64,000 bases of DNA from a virus, in IMG/VR virus record IMGVR_UViG_3300031227_000023, positions 1 through 64,000 of that record. One strand, 5' to 3'. The notes under the pieces are model-generated. The model was not told the origin of the DNA. It searched no databases and saw nothing but the letters and a program-made list of their open reading frames with translations. Positions 10,773 to 19,787 of this stretch are shown piece by piece. The translations under genes and the position numbers were made by a program. Numbering within the stretch: the first letter of the stretch is position 1; each line of letters opens with the position of its first letter.

Positions 10773-11590
10773 CAGCCACCACCCCGCCTTGCTTCCTGTC
10801 GCAAGGCAGAATCAAACACGCTGCCCTGCCCGGACACACGCGCACCACCATCCTGTGCTGCTGCAATCATCCCTTCCGTGTTGCTGTCTTTTAAAATGTA
10901 GTCCACCAAATCGTTGAACGGCTTGTTGTGTTCATTCTTGCCCATGCGCCACGGATCACGGGAACAGCCCTGGATTGCAAGGTGCAATTCTTCCTTGCTA
11001 TATGACCGCATGGCCTTGATCAGTGCCCGCTTGCGCCTGTCAGTAAACTTTGTACGTGTTGGTGATTTCTTGCACAGCCTGACCCATTCATCAAACAACC
11101 ATTTTGCATCATCAGCCTTGCCTTCACGCACTGCCGTGGCTGCCGTTCGTTTCTTGTGCCACGTTGTGTGGTCAAGCAGTTCATTCGCAACCGGCACAGA
11201 CAACAGTAAATGATCAAACGCACCCGGTGGTGGGTCAGGCAATTGGCTGTCATTCTGCCGCCCTTTGTTCACGCGCTGCATGATCACGCGGGGAACAACA
11301 CAATACCTGACACCATTCACGATGTACTCAACCGCTTCCCCAAAACCAATCAACTCTTCAAGCCACCCCTGCGCTTGCCGTTCCCACTCCGCATCAGCGT
11401 GTGGGTCTTCAAAAAAAATCGTGCGATTCCCCGGTGCCGTCACAAATTCCCCAACAGCAGCCACCCGCAACCTGCCCTTGCAGTCAGCATGATCAAGCAG
11501 ACTGATCAGCAGGCAGCGTGCCGTGGGGGAAAGTCTAACAACACACGGATCTTTCCAGAAACCCGCATGAATCAAAGCCATGTTATGCAC
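10772..11590 (-). CDS. Putative replication initiator/replisome organiser
   Basis: N-terminal FWKD..V..LS..AR.L.I.L..HAD.KGR typical of phage initiators; directly upstream of the primase-helicase. Confidence 0.7.
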   Translation of the reverse strand: MHNMALIHAGFWKDPCVVRLSPTARCLLISLLDHADCKGRLRVAAVGEFVTAPGNRTIFFEDPHADAEWERQAQGWLEELIGFGEAVEYIVNGVRYCVVPRVIMQRVNKGRQNDSQLPDPPPGAFDHLLLSVPVANELLDHTTWHKKRTAATAVREGKADDAKWLFDEWVRLCKKSPTRTKFTDRRKRALIKAMRSYSKEELHLAIQGCSRDPWRMGKNEHNKPFNDLVDYILKDSNTEGMIAAAQDGGARVSGQGSVFDSALRQEARRGGG

Positions 11591-11593
11591 CCC

Positions 11594-12202
11594 TTAAAAC
11601 GGAATTTCCTCGTCTTCTTCCTGCCCTGGAATTTCGCTGCCTTGCCCACCCCGTTGATCACCACCCTGATCATACTCCCCACGATCATACCCACCGCCAC
11701 CCTGCGGCTGCTGTTGCTGTTGCGGCTTCACCTTCGGTGGAATGAACTCTGCATCTTTGGAGTATTTGGCAAGGTCCTTTTCGTTGGATTGCAGCTTGGA
11801 AAAGTCTTCCAGGTTCACATACTTTTCATCACGCAGGCTTGTTGTCACAACGAACACGTGTCCAAGCATCCGGTTGATATTGGCAATGTTCGCCTCAACC
11901 CAACGCTGATCATTGCCCGGCCACTGCTGTTGGTTCAAATGGATTTCCACATCATCGTCGTACCCCATGGCTTCCACCAACTGCCCAAACCGGAACTGTG
12001 ATTTTTCGTTGGTGTACAACTGCGCCGCGAATGTTGACCGGCTTTGCGGGCCACCGATCACCTGAAACTGCATCCTGAAAAATGGCGTGGTGTTTTTGTT
12101 TTCACCAAACGTCCATTGCAGAATGCGCACAACATACCTTCCCGGTGGCACCGTACCGCCACCGGCATTCTCTTGTGCTTTGCTCGGATTAAAAGCCGCC
12201 AT
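11594..12202 (-). CDS. Single-stranded DNA-binding protein (DUF669-like)
   Basis: VPPGRYVVRI N-terminus, Gly/Gln-rich linker, acidic EEDEEIPF tail; follows the Sak4-like gene. Confidence 0.8.
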   Translation of the reverse strand: MAAFNPSKAQENAGGGTVPPGRYVVRILQWTFGENKNTTPFFRMQFQVIGGPQSRSTFAAQLYTNEKSQFRFGQLVEAMGYDDDVEIHLNQQQWPGNDQRWVEANIANINRMLGHVFVVTTSLRDEKYVNLEDFSKLQSNEKDLAKYSKDAEFIPPKVKPQQQQQPQGGGGYDRGEYDQGGDQRGGQGSEIPGQEEDEEIPF

Positions 12203-12264
12203 CTGCTTGCTCCTTCTTTTCATATTGGTTGATCACCCTAGCACCTGAACATTGCTGCCCGCAA

Positions 12265-13338
12265 TTACTTTTTCTTGCCGCCACCCTTGCCTGCTGCGGG
12301 CTTGCGCTTGGGTGCAGGCTTCGCCTTCACGGGTTCCGGTTCCGGCAATTCATCATCAGCCGCAGCGGCTTCCGGGAACGCAGGCTGATCTTCTTCCACT
12401 TCCGATTCCGATTCCTGCCCCGTTTCATCTGGCAATTCACTTGCCGTTTCTACTTCCGGCAACTCAGCCACTTCCGGCAATGCTTCCACCACTGCGGGTT
12501 CATGTTCAGGGTCAAGTTCAGGTGCCGGAATTTCCGGCTGTGCGTCTGCCTGCGCCTGAACAACAACGCCACCTTCCATGACGGCTTTCCGTTCAGCCCT
12601 GACACGTTCCCCTTCACGCTGCTGCAACGCTGCCAGCTTGTTTCCATCGAACAGCGAAGCCCACACCGGATCACCCGACCCAAGCGTTTGGGGAATTCCT
12701 GGCAGGTGTTTTGTCATGACCCGGTTCGTGGATTCGGTCAACATTTCGTATGCAATCCCGCCGTCAACCCCACGCTTGTACGCATACATAACAACGTTGC
12801 ACTGCTGCGCCACAAGGTCTTGCGAAGCACGCCCCATGAACTGCGGCCTGATCAGACGTTCATCTTGTTCCCCGCCGTTTTCATCTGCATGGGTAATGAT
12901 CACCACGTTGCACGGCAGATCACGCAGCCACCGGACCATTTCCACAGTCTTGTCTTTCAGTGTTCCCCAGTCCGCAATCTGCATTGCGCCGCGCCCACCT
13001 TGCGTCAAAATCTGATTAACAAAAATACCCTGCAAATCATCCAACGAATCCAACACCACCGTGTTGTACCGCAGCTTTCCGCCATGATCTGACATGTCTT
13101 TCACAAGCTGCGCTTGGATGTGCATCAAATCGTGGTGATCCGAAATTTCACCAACATGAATGTCCGGCCCTTCACGCTGAATGGTCAGCAGTCCGTTGGT
13201 TTCCGTCAACAGAAACAGAACATCCTGCCCAAAATTCGCCCGGCACGCTGCGGTTGTTTTCCCGCAACCTGCCTTCCCATACAGCAGGATTTTCAAAAAC
13301 ACCTGCATCACGTAATCCTTCGCACGCCTGATTGCCAT
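12265..13338 (-). CDS. AAA_24/Sak4-like recombination ATPase with acidic/Pro-rich tail
   Basis: LLYGKAGCGKTT Walker A, VVLDSL Walker B, DWG, NVVIITH. Confidence 0.88.
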   Translation of the reverse strand: MAIRRAKDYVMQVFLKILLYGKAGCGKTTAACRANFGQDVLFLLTETNGLLTIQREGPDIHVGEISDHHDLMHIQAQLVKDMSDHGGKLRYNTVVLDSLDDLQGIFVNQILTQGGRGAMQIADWGTLKDKTVEMVRWLRDLPCNVVIITHADENGGEQDERLIRPQFMGRASQDLVAQQCNVVMYAYKRGVDGGIAYEMLTESTNRVMTKHLPGIPQTLGSGDPVWASLFDGNKLAALQQREGERVRAERKAVMEGGVVVQAQADAQPEIPAPELDPEHEPAVVEALPEVAELPEVETASELPDETGQESESEVEEDQPAFPEAAAADDELPEPEPVKAKPAPKRKPAAGKGGGKKK

Positions 13339-13362
13339 TGGTCTTACCCTTTCCCTTGTCTG

Positions 13363-14568
13363 TTATTTCTTGAACGCACCCGCTTCAATCTCAGGGGCAC
13401 CGATCTGCCCACCTTCACGCTTCACGTACAACGCCTGATCTTCAGACGCATCCAAAAAACAAGCAGCCCTGAACGGACACACCCGACTTGGCGTATTGCA
13501 TGCGCTGCGGTTCCGTGCCCACCGTTCCTGCTTCATCTGCATACTCTGACTGATCAACCGGGAACACTGCCACAGATCGGCCATGGCTTCGGCCTGCTGC
13601 TGTTCCGACACGTACAGTTCATGCCGGAACATAAAGCTGTCACCACGTGCCGCCAACCGTTCATATTCTTCCCGGTACGTTTCCCACACCATCCGTGCGC
13701 CCGGATTTTCGATTGCAGCTTGCAACTGTTCAAACTGCGCCTTGTAGATATCCGGGGTGGTGTCGCACCTGCGCCGCGTCATGTGGCCTGCCGGTGATTT
13801 CAATGCAGCAGGCATGCTCGGTTCCTTGCTGCATAGCACGTTGTACAGCACGCCATGCACGCCGCCTTCAAGCGAAGCAGCCAAAGGGTGAACCTTCCCG
13901 CGCAAATAGTTCGCCGCGTACATGTACGCCCGTGGCTGTGTCGCATATTTCAGTTCTGACTCAAACTGTGGACGCTGCCGGGATGAAGTTGTTTTGTGCT
14001 CAAGCAACAGCACACGCCCGTCTTGCCGATCACGCACCAGCCCGTCAACCTTGCACACGTAATGCCACAGGCTGCTTGCATAGCCGGATGGTGTCACCAC
14101 AGGAATCCGTATGGGATGTTCCACGGCAAGTATTTCATACCGGTCTTGATCACTGGCAAGGTTCTTTTTGATGTACCGTTCAAGCACCCTGACTGCCTTG
14201 CCTGCAATCTCTTCAGCCTTAACCTGCGCTTCTTCCCCGGCCTGAATGTCTGCCGGGTCATTGCTGTTGCCGTATCGCTTATCGATCTGCTGCCCACGTT
14301 CCCCCAACCACGCATTCACCACATCGTGTGTCATCACCAAACTTGCAGTCACCAATTCTGCCCCGCCAATCACAGACCTGCCATCGACAACCGGCCTGCC
14401 CATCATGTTGGAATAAACGCTATCAAGGCACCGGTGGACAAGCGTACCGAAAGACAACGCCACGCCCTTCACACGCGGCTCCAGCCCTTCCACAACACTG
14501 ATTCTGTACCGTTCCGGACAAGTCAGAAACGTTCCCCCACTGCTACTGCTTAACTGCTGCTGTTTCAT
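13363..14568 (-). CDS. PD-(D/E)XK exonuclease (RecB/Cas4-like)
   Basis: S.S...FLTCPERY, FGTLVH, KVDGL...LLEHKTT, Q..AY and a C-terminal C..CPF...C cluster. Confidence 0.88.
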   Translation of the reverse strand: MKQQQLSSSSGGTFLTCPERYRISVVEGLEPRVKGVALSFGTLVHRCLDSVYSNMMGRPVVDGRSVIGGAELVTASLVMTHDVVNAWLGERGQQIDKRYGNSNDPADIQAGEEAQVKAEEIAGKAVRVLERYIKKNLASDQDRYEILAVEHPIRIPVVTPSGYASSLWHYVCKVDGLVRDRQDGRVLLLEHKTTSSRQRPQFESELKYATQPRAYMYAANYLRGKVHPLAASLEGGVHGVLYNVLCSKEPSMPAALKSPAGHMTRRRCDTTPDIYKAQFEQLQAAIENPGARMVWETYREEYERLAARGDSFMFRHELYVSEQQQAEAMADLWQCSRLISQSMQMKQERWARNRSACNTPSRVCPFRAACFLDASEDQALYVKREGGQIGAPEIEAGAFKK

Positions 14569-14887
14569 TCTGCACCCCTGCTGTTGATTGTTCACCGCAC
14601 CCATCGTTCATGTTCGATTCATCACCGTGCCCGCACAGCCACAGAAAGTTCACACCAAGCACTTCACCTGCCCGATGAAGCATGCCAACACCAGGATTCT
14701 TGCCCTGTGTCAACGTGGTAAAAAACCGTTCCTGCAACCCGTTGCTGCGAGCAATTTTCGCTGCGCTGTTCAGGCCATCACCACGACTTGTTCGATGCGC
14801 CAACGCAACACGCACCCGCAGCCGGAACTTGTCAATCCACCATGCCGGTGGTTCAATCGAGCCTTCCTGCTTCACTTCTTCTGCCAT
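14543..14887 (-). CDS. XRE-family HTH transcriptional regulator
   Basis: AAKIARSNGL...GKNPGVGMLHRAGEVLGVNFLWL; first gene after the control region; SD AAGGAG. Confidence 0.7.
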   Translation of the reverse strand: MAEEVKQEGSIEPPAWWIDKFRLRVRVALAHRTSRGDGLNSAAKIARSNGLQERFFTTLTQGKNPGVGMLHRAGEVLGVNFLWLCGHGDESNMNDGCGEQSTAGVQNETAAVKQ

Positions 14888-14929
14888 CGGTCTTGCTCCT
14901 TTTCTGCTAACCATCCAAATCAACAAACA

Positions 14930-15430
14930 CAGACACCATGCATGTTACTGGTTTCTATTGCAACATATATTTTACTTTTTCTTCACAGTGCATACAACAA
15001 ACACTTTTGCAAATCGAACGAAACAAAAACTTGCCTGCCGCAATCCCGCATTTCTCACCGCCGCTTTTTTTCATTCATTTTTTTTCTGCTTTTCATTCCC
15101 TTTTCTTTTCTACCAACACTCTTCTGTTCTTTATTTTGGATAGTGTAATATTTTCCGGCCTATATATTATAATTAGCTAAGTAGCTTTCTTTGTACTACT
15201 TTCTTTAAGGTTTTGAGAGCGCCGATTGCATGCACAAAAAACAGGCACTTGCATGCACAAAAAACAGGCACCCTTGTCTTGGTGGCAAACTAAAGCAAGC
15301 AATCACACCAACTTGAAAACATACTACCAGGAACGCATTTGAACATTTACGGAAGTTTGTTTTGGACGTAACAGAAAACTTTTACCAAAACAGGCAGGGT
15401 TGCCTATCGAAATCTGCACAAAAATTAGGC
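14930..15430. promoter_or_regulatory. AT-rich non-coding control region (early promoters and/or origin)
   Basis: No credible ORF; long T-tracts and much lower GC than the flanks; upstream of the early operon. Confidence 0.6.
15226..15271 (+). repeat. Perfect tandem direct repeat, 2 x 23 bp (TTGCATGCACAAAAAACAGGCAC)
   Basis: 15226-15248 is identical to 15249-15271. Confidence 0.95.
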
Positions 15431-15714
15431 AATTTACACCAAGGCAAGGTTGCCTCCCCCCTCAGAAAGCAGATTATGCACGTCTTGCACATGCTGAAAA
15501 CCACACCCTTCCAGCACCCCACCGGAGCAATACGCACCCGGCAAAAGCATCACCAATGGCCACAGCCCTGCCTTCCCGCCACGTGCAGCATGCAATCGAT
15601 CAGCCCAAGTGCGCAGCAATCTGATCTTCCAACGCTTCAATATCTGCCCCGGTGGCATCCCATTGGATTGGCAGGTTGCTGTTTGTAATCCATGTTGACA
15701 TCTTGCTTGCTCCT

Positions 15715-15996
15715 TTAGCTGGCAACGCCACTGCGCTGCACGGTTCCCATGTCCACCCACATGCTGCCGATTGGCACGCACCGCATCAGATAAACGCCAA
15801 GCAATTCATGCCCGTTTTTCTTGGCAAGCTCCTGTTCCTGATTCCACACCGGCTGCAAGTCAACCAAGCATCCTGACACCGTGTCTAAATACTTGTTCCA
15901 TTCCCCGCGCCACTTGTCTTTCAGCCGCACCATTATCACGTGCTGTTCCAATGATTCCATCACGTTCCTGCCTTCCATATTTGCCCCGTGTGTCAT
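15715..15996 (-). CDS. Small hypothetical protein
   Basis: ORF co-oriented with neighbours; start uncertain. Confidence 0.5.
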   Translation of the reverse strand: MTHGANMEGRNVMESLEQHVIMVRLKDKWRGEWNKYLDTVSGCLVDLQPVWNQEQELAKKNGHELLGVYLMRCVPIGSMWVDMGTVQRSGVAS

Positions 15997-16091
15997 CTTC
16001 TTCTTTCGTTCGTGTAAGGTGTCACGCCACAGGGCGGAACCCCCGCACGCTGCCGTGTGCTGCGGGAAACCGCCTGTTTGAAACAGCGATG

Positions 16092-16664
16092 TTAGTCCTG
16101 ATTTTCGCGCTTCTCGTCACGGATTTGATCCAGCCAGCGGCGCACATCGGTGGTATCCAGGTGTGCATCGTTGAGACGACACTCGGCAACGATATCATCT
16201 GCCATGATGTCGAGTTCTACGTCTGTGGATTCGGAGTTAACCCGTTGATCGTCGTCACCATGGCACAAAAAGTCATCCGCGCCCTCGTATGTCGGGCACA
16301 CGATATCCGAGATGTATTGGTCGATATCATCGATCAGTCCGTTGGCATGATCGGTGAGCGTGCCAACGTGGTTGTTCCCGTTCCATTCCGTGTCGTAGCC
16401 TTCCACGATATCTGCTAGCATCGCCTGAACCAGTTCCGATTCCAGATACTCTCTAATCGGCGTGGTATCCGCTACCCCATCGTGGATATTTGCGAGGTAG
16501 ATAGTCCGCCCGTGATAGATGTCGGCTGTCATGGTGTTGCCATGCCCGGAGCGCACGCATACGCTTGCCTCGCCGTCCGTATCGAGCACAATCCGGTGAT
16601 TCCAGTTTCCACGTTCGTGATCGGCACTGGCGTCGTTGTATTCTTTGTCCATCGTGATTTGCAT
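16092..16664 (-). CDS. Acidic hypothetical protein (moron-like, compositionally foreign)
   Basis: SD AAGGAG, own promoter, very Asp/Glu-rich, GAG/CTC not depleted. Confidence 0.8.
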   Translation of the reverse strand: MQITMDKEYNDASADHERGNWNHRIVLDTDGEASVCVRSGHGNTMTADIYHGRTIYLANIHDGVADTTPIREYLESELVQAMLADIVEGYDTEWNGNNHVGTLTDHANGLIDDIDQYISDIVCPTYEGADDFLCHGDDDQRVNSESTDVELDIMADDIVAECRLNDAHLDTTDVRRWLDQIRDEKRENQD

Positions 16665-16719
16665 GATATTGCTCCTTCGGGTTGGTTGTTGTGTCCGTTT
16701 TCTGTATCGGACAATTTCC

Positions 16720-16756
16720 ATTCTACAGATTGCACAACACATTGCAAGAAAAAAAT
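16720..16756 (-). promoter_or_regulatory. Putative sigma70-type promoter
   Basis: Minus strand TTGCAA-N16-TAGAAT with an upstream T-tract. Confidence 0.6.
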
Positions 16757-16811
16757 GCACAGAATGTAAAATAAATTACAACTGTTTGTTTTCACTGCTG
16801 TTTTACATAAA

Positions 16812-16838
16812 TAAAAAGCGGAATGTTTCCACTCCGCT
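16812..16838 (-). terminator. Rho-independent terminator ending the late/lysis operon
   Basis: AGCGGAGTG-GAAA-CATTCCGCT followed by TTTTA on the minus strand. Confidence 0.85.
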
Positions 16839-16865
16839 GATCCCCCCACCCTTGCTTTGATATCT

Positions 16866-17528
16866 TTACAGCCTAGCTGTCAGGCTTTCCCGATTCATCA
16901 CGTGGCACCCAACCAACTGGCCAAGCCTAACACCCATACAGCCCAACACATCCTTCATCACATCATCAACCGAATGAAACCCACCCCGCCTGCCCCAATT
17001 CCCAATATGCGCAAACGTCGATCCTTCACGCACCACGCACACATTGTGCCCCTTCACCTGCCATGGCCACCAACCTGTTGCCCAGATCACATTCATCACA
17101 CGTGCACCGAACCCACCCTTGACTGACCACGCGCACCACAACGCAGCATCATCACAATCCCAAGACACCCCGTACACATTAACCTTGCGAATCCCGCCCA
17201 ACCTGACCTGCCCGACCTGCCCCGGAACAAACGCCTGCCCCAACACCATGGCCGGGTCAAGCCCACTTGCAAGGATTGCTTCATTAATAAGGGCATCACC
17301 GCAGCACGGATGGTGAAACGCATCACCCAATTCACGCCACCCATCAGGATGGTATGCGATTTTTTCAACAAGATCAGCCGCACCCTTGGGAGTCAACGAA
17401 CCCTTCCACGTGGGGGAAGATTCTGCATGCTTCCGATCCCACAGCCATTGATACAGCTTGGACCACCACGCATAAAGACCGGAACGAACAAGCAGCCAAT
17501 ACCCGGCATGTTTCATCACATCCCCCAA
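16866..17528 (-). CDS. Putative transglutaminase-like/cysteine-protease-fold protein
   Basis: WDCDDAA and GHNVCV motifs. Confidence 0.55.
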   Translation of the reverse strand: MGDVMKHAGYWLLVRSGLYAWWSKLYQWLWDRKHAESSPTWKGSLTPKGAADLVEKIAYHPDGWRELGDAFHHPCCGDALINEAILASGLDPAMVLGQAFVPGQVGQVRLGGIRKVNVYGVSWDCDDAALWCAWSVKGGFGARVMNVIWATGWWPWQVKGHNVCVVREGSTFAHIGNWGRRGGFHSVDDVMKDVLGCMGVRLGQLVGCHVMNRESLTARL

Positions 17529-18071
17529 TTATTTGAAATAAAATGCAAGTGCTGCCGACCCGGCAGCCACGGTGGTTACTATCAGCCCGCCAACCACGAT
17601 CCACACCCACGCAGGTGTGCGATATTCAACGACGGATTCACACTCACAAACCGCATACTGTTGGCAACCGTCAAGTTCTGCTTGACAGTTCCCCAAGCTC
17701 CCTTCACATGCAGCCCGCAATTTGTGTTCCAATCGTTCATCATCCTGCGTTTCTTTGTAATCATCAAAGCCAGCATCATTCAGGCAGAACCCAAACCCAT
17801 CAGGGCACTGCCCGGCTTCACCCACAGTCACCATGAACGGTGCCGGGTCAACATCATCATCAGGAAGCACTTCAATTTCCCGCACCGGGTCTTCAGCAGG
17901 TTCCGGCTGCCGGGGAACAATCACCGTGGCTTCAGCATGCCCGCCGCCCTGATCACTTGTTGCGCTTCTTACGTGCCGCAGACCCACGGAGCAACACGCT
18001 TGGATCACGAACACCATCACCATCAGCACGTGTGCGCAATTCGTCTTCCAACAATTCTGCCTTCTTTTCAT
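17529..18071 (-). CDS. Candidate spanin: possible lipoprotein signal plus C-terminal TM helix
   Basis: MKRR...VLMVMVFVIQAC; C-terminal WVWIVVGGLIVTTVAAGSAALAFYFK; lies in the lysis cassette. Confidence 0.5.
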   Translation of the reverse strand: MKRRQNCWKTNCAHVLMVMVFVIQACCSVGLRHVRSATSDQGGGHAEATVIVPRQPEPAEDPVREIEVLPDDDVDPAPFMVTVGEAGQCPDGFGFCLNDAGFDDYKETQDDERLEHKLRAACEGSLGNCQAELDGCQQYAVCECESVVEYRTPAWVWIVVGGLIVTTVAAGSAALAFYFK

Positions 18072-18321
18072 GGTACGCACCCTTATGGTCTTCAGGTTGG
18101 TCGTTCACTTTCACCACTGTCTGCTTCTTCACAACCACCGGATCTGACCGGAACAGGGAAGACAAGGCAAACACTGCCACGAAGGCAACAGCAATAAAGA
18201 AGATTGGGACCAACCACCACAGCTTGCCCTTTGACACCCGATCCCACGCCCCGCCTGCCTTATCCCCCAACTTTGCCATCATCCTTGCCAGCATCTTCTT
18301 CAACCTTTCCGGCTTCACCAT
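17953..18321 (-). CDS. Single-TM membrane protein (i-spanin-like)
   Basis: One TM (LWWLVPIFFIAVAFVAVFAL) then a charged segment; overlaps the downstream gene. Confidence 0.5.
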   Translation of the reverse strand: MVKPERLKKMLARMMAKLGDKAGGAWDRVSKGKLWWLVPIFFIAVAFVAVFALSSLFRSDPVVVKKQTVVKVNDQPEDHKGAYHEKKAELLEDELRTRADGDGVRDPSVLLRGSAARKKRNK

Positions 18322-18619
18322 CAGCCCGCACCTTGTTCCGGTGCATTAAAAAATTCTTCACGTCACCACCGGTCATCACGATCACGAACAGCCCGAACAG
18401 TTCCACGCAGCGGTTCATGAATATGTCAAGCACTTCCACAACGAACCCATAACCGGCATCACTCTGCCGTTCCCACAGCCACACAAGGGGTGCGCTACCG
18501 ATCACCATCATGCACCACAGGCAAATGATAAATACAAACATCACCACCACGCGCATCCCGCGCAATGCCTGCGATAAGTCATCAATTTTGCGCAGCCTGC
18601 CTGTCAACCGTTTGGCCAT
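18260..18619 (-). CDS. Putative holin
   Basis: Two hydrophobic segments and a charged C-terminus; TAATG-coupled to the endolysin gene. Confidence 0.6.
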   Translation of the reverse strand: MAKRLTGRLRKIDDLSQALRGMRVVVMFVFIICLWCMMVIGSAPLVWLWERQSDAGYGFVVEVLDIFMNRCVELFGLFVIVMTGGDVKNFLMHRNKVRADGEAGKVEEDAGKDDGKVGG

Positions 18620-19182
18620 TACTTCCACCGTGCCAGATAGATTCTGCGGGCCACGCCCGTTTCAACAACATATTTGACGGGGGTGAAGCACACACCACCC
18701 ATTGACTTGTGCGAACCCAACAGGGCAATCTTGATCTGTTCCTTGCCGCCACGCAACATGGTGCGTTCCACATCGTACACCACGCCTTGATGCCCGGACA
18801 CCTTCCCATTCCGCAGCCACCACCCTTGAAACAACATGCCCGGTGCCACGTGCTGCGCCGGTACATATTCCACAAGACCACGCTGCCAACACGCATACAC
18901 CACGCCATGCGTCCATGGATGCCCGGCAACCACGGCATCAAACAACGCATCATGGCCAGCCATTTCCCCTTGTGAAATATTGATTTCTTTTCTGAAGTCT
19001 TTGCCCAACGTGTTGCCCACGCGGGTGTCTTTGTCGATCACGTCCAATCGAGCCGCAACCACCATTTCCAAAAACTTGCTACAATCAATCTTGCGTGCAT
19101 CACGATCCCATGCCCCATACTTCCACCGGGGCATTGGAAACATTGCCGCCACTTTTTTTGCCAATGCCAAGTCAGCACTCAT
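18619..19182 (-). CDS. Putative endolysin, NlpC/P60-like peptidoglycan endopeptidase
   Basis: YG...IDCSKF catalytic Cys and GHQGVV His; flanked by membrane-protein genes. Confidence 0.7.
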   Translation of the reverse strand: MSADLALAKKVAAMFPMPRWKYGAWDRDARKIDCSKFLEMVVAARLDVIDKDTRVGNTLGKDFRKEINISQGEMAGHDALFDAVVAGHPWTHGVVYACWQRGLVEYVPAQHVAPGMLFQGWWLRNGKVSGHQGVVYDVERTMLRGGKEQIKIALLGSHKSMGGVCFTPVKYVVETGVARRIYLARWK

Positions 19183-19325
19183 GATTGCCCACTTTCATGC
19201 ACTCTGCATTTTATCCGCTGTGGTTGTTGCGCCGGATCTTGAACAGTTTGAAATTCCAAATCAACCCACATCCAACACCGGCTGCCAACACAGCAACAGA
19301 AACGCCTACAATGTAAATCATGGTG

Positions 19326-19697
19326 TCAATCCTTTTTTTTCGCACGGGCACGTGGTTTTGCCGTAGCACTGGCTTCGATCTGATCCATCCTTGTGTCAAT
19401 CGCTGCACGCTTCTGTTCGCATGTATCGCCCCTGTCATCCATCCGTTGCAATTGCACCCGCAAATCTTTGGGCACACGTTCAGACAGCTTGGATTCCAAC
19501 AGGGTTAACCGTTGCTGGATTTTGGTGATGTCAGAACTGAACTTGGCAACCCACTTGTCAACCGTGGCACTGATTGCTTCAACAGCACGCTGCCTGTTTT
19601 TCTGCGTGAACAGGAACAGCGCAACGGCAACAGCAGCCAACGTGCTGGCAGCAGCCATCAGGATTTGAAAGGCTGTGGGTGTTGACGCTGCATCCAT
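19326..19697 (-). CDS. Membrane protein with coiled coil (holin/antiholin-like)
   Basis: N-terminal TM (ILMAAASTLAAVAVALFLF) plus coiled coil; first gene of the lysis cassette. Confidence 0.6.
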   Translation of the reverse strand: MDAASTPTAFQILMAAASTLAAVAVALFLFTQKNRQRAVEAISATVDKWVAKFSSDITKIQQRLTLLESKLSERVPKDLRVQLQRMDDRGDTCEQKRAAIDTRMDQIEASATAKPRARAKKKD

Positions 19698-19787
19698 ATT
19701 GGAAACTTCCTGTTCATGGTGCTGATAATGATATTTAAAAAATATCACTTGACCCGTCAATCGTCCACTTTTACAACTTTCAAACAA

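Noticed and set aside
13363-15271. CRISPR-like system (Cas4-like nuclease near a direct repeat)
   Set aside because: Only two abutting repeats with no spacer and no cas1/cas2; the nuclease sits in a standard exonuclease-Sak4-SSB recombination module
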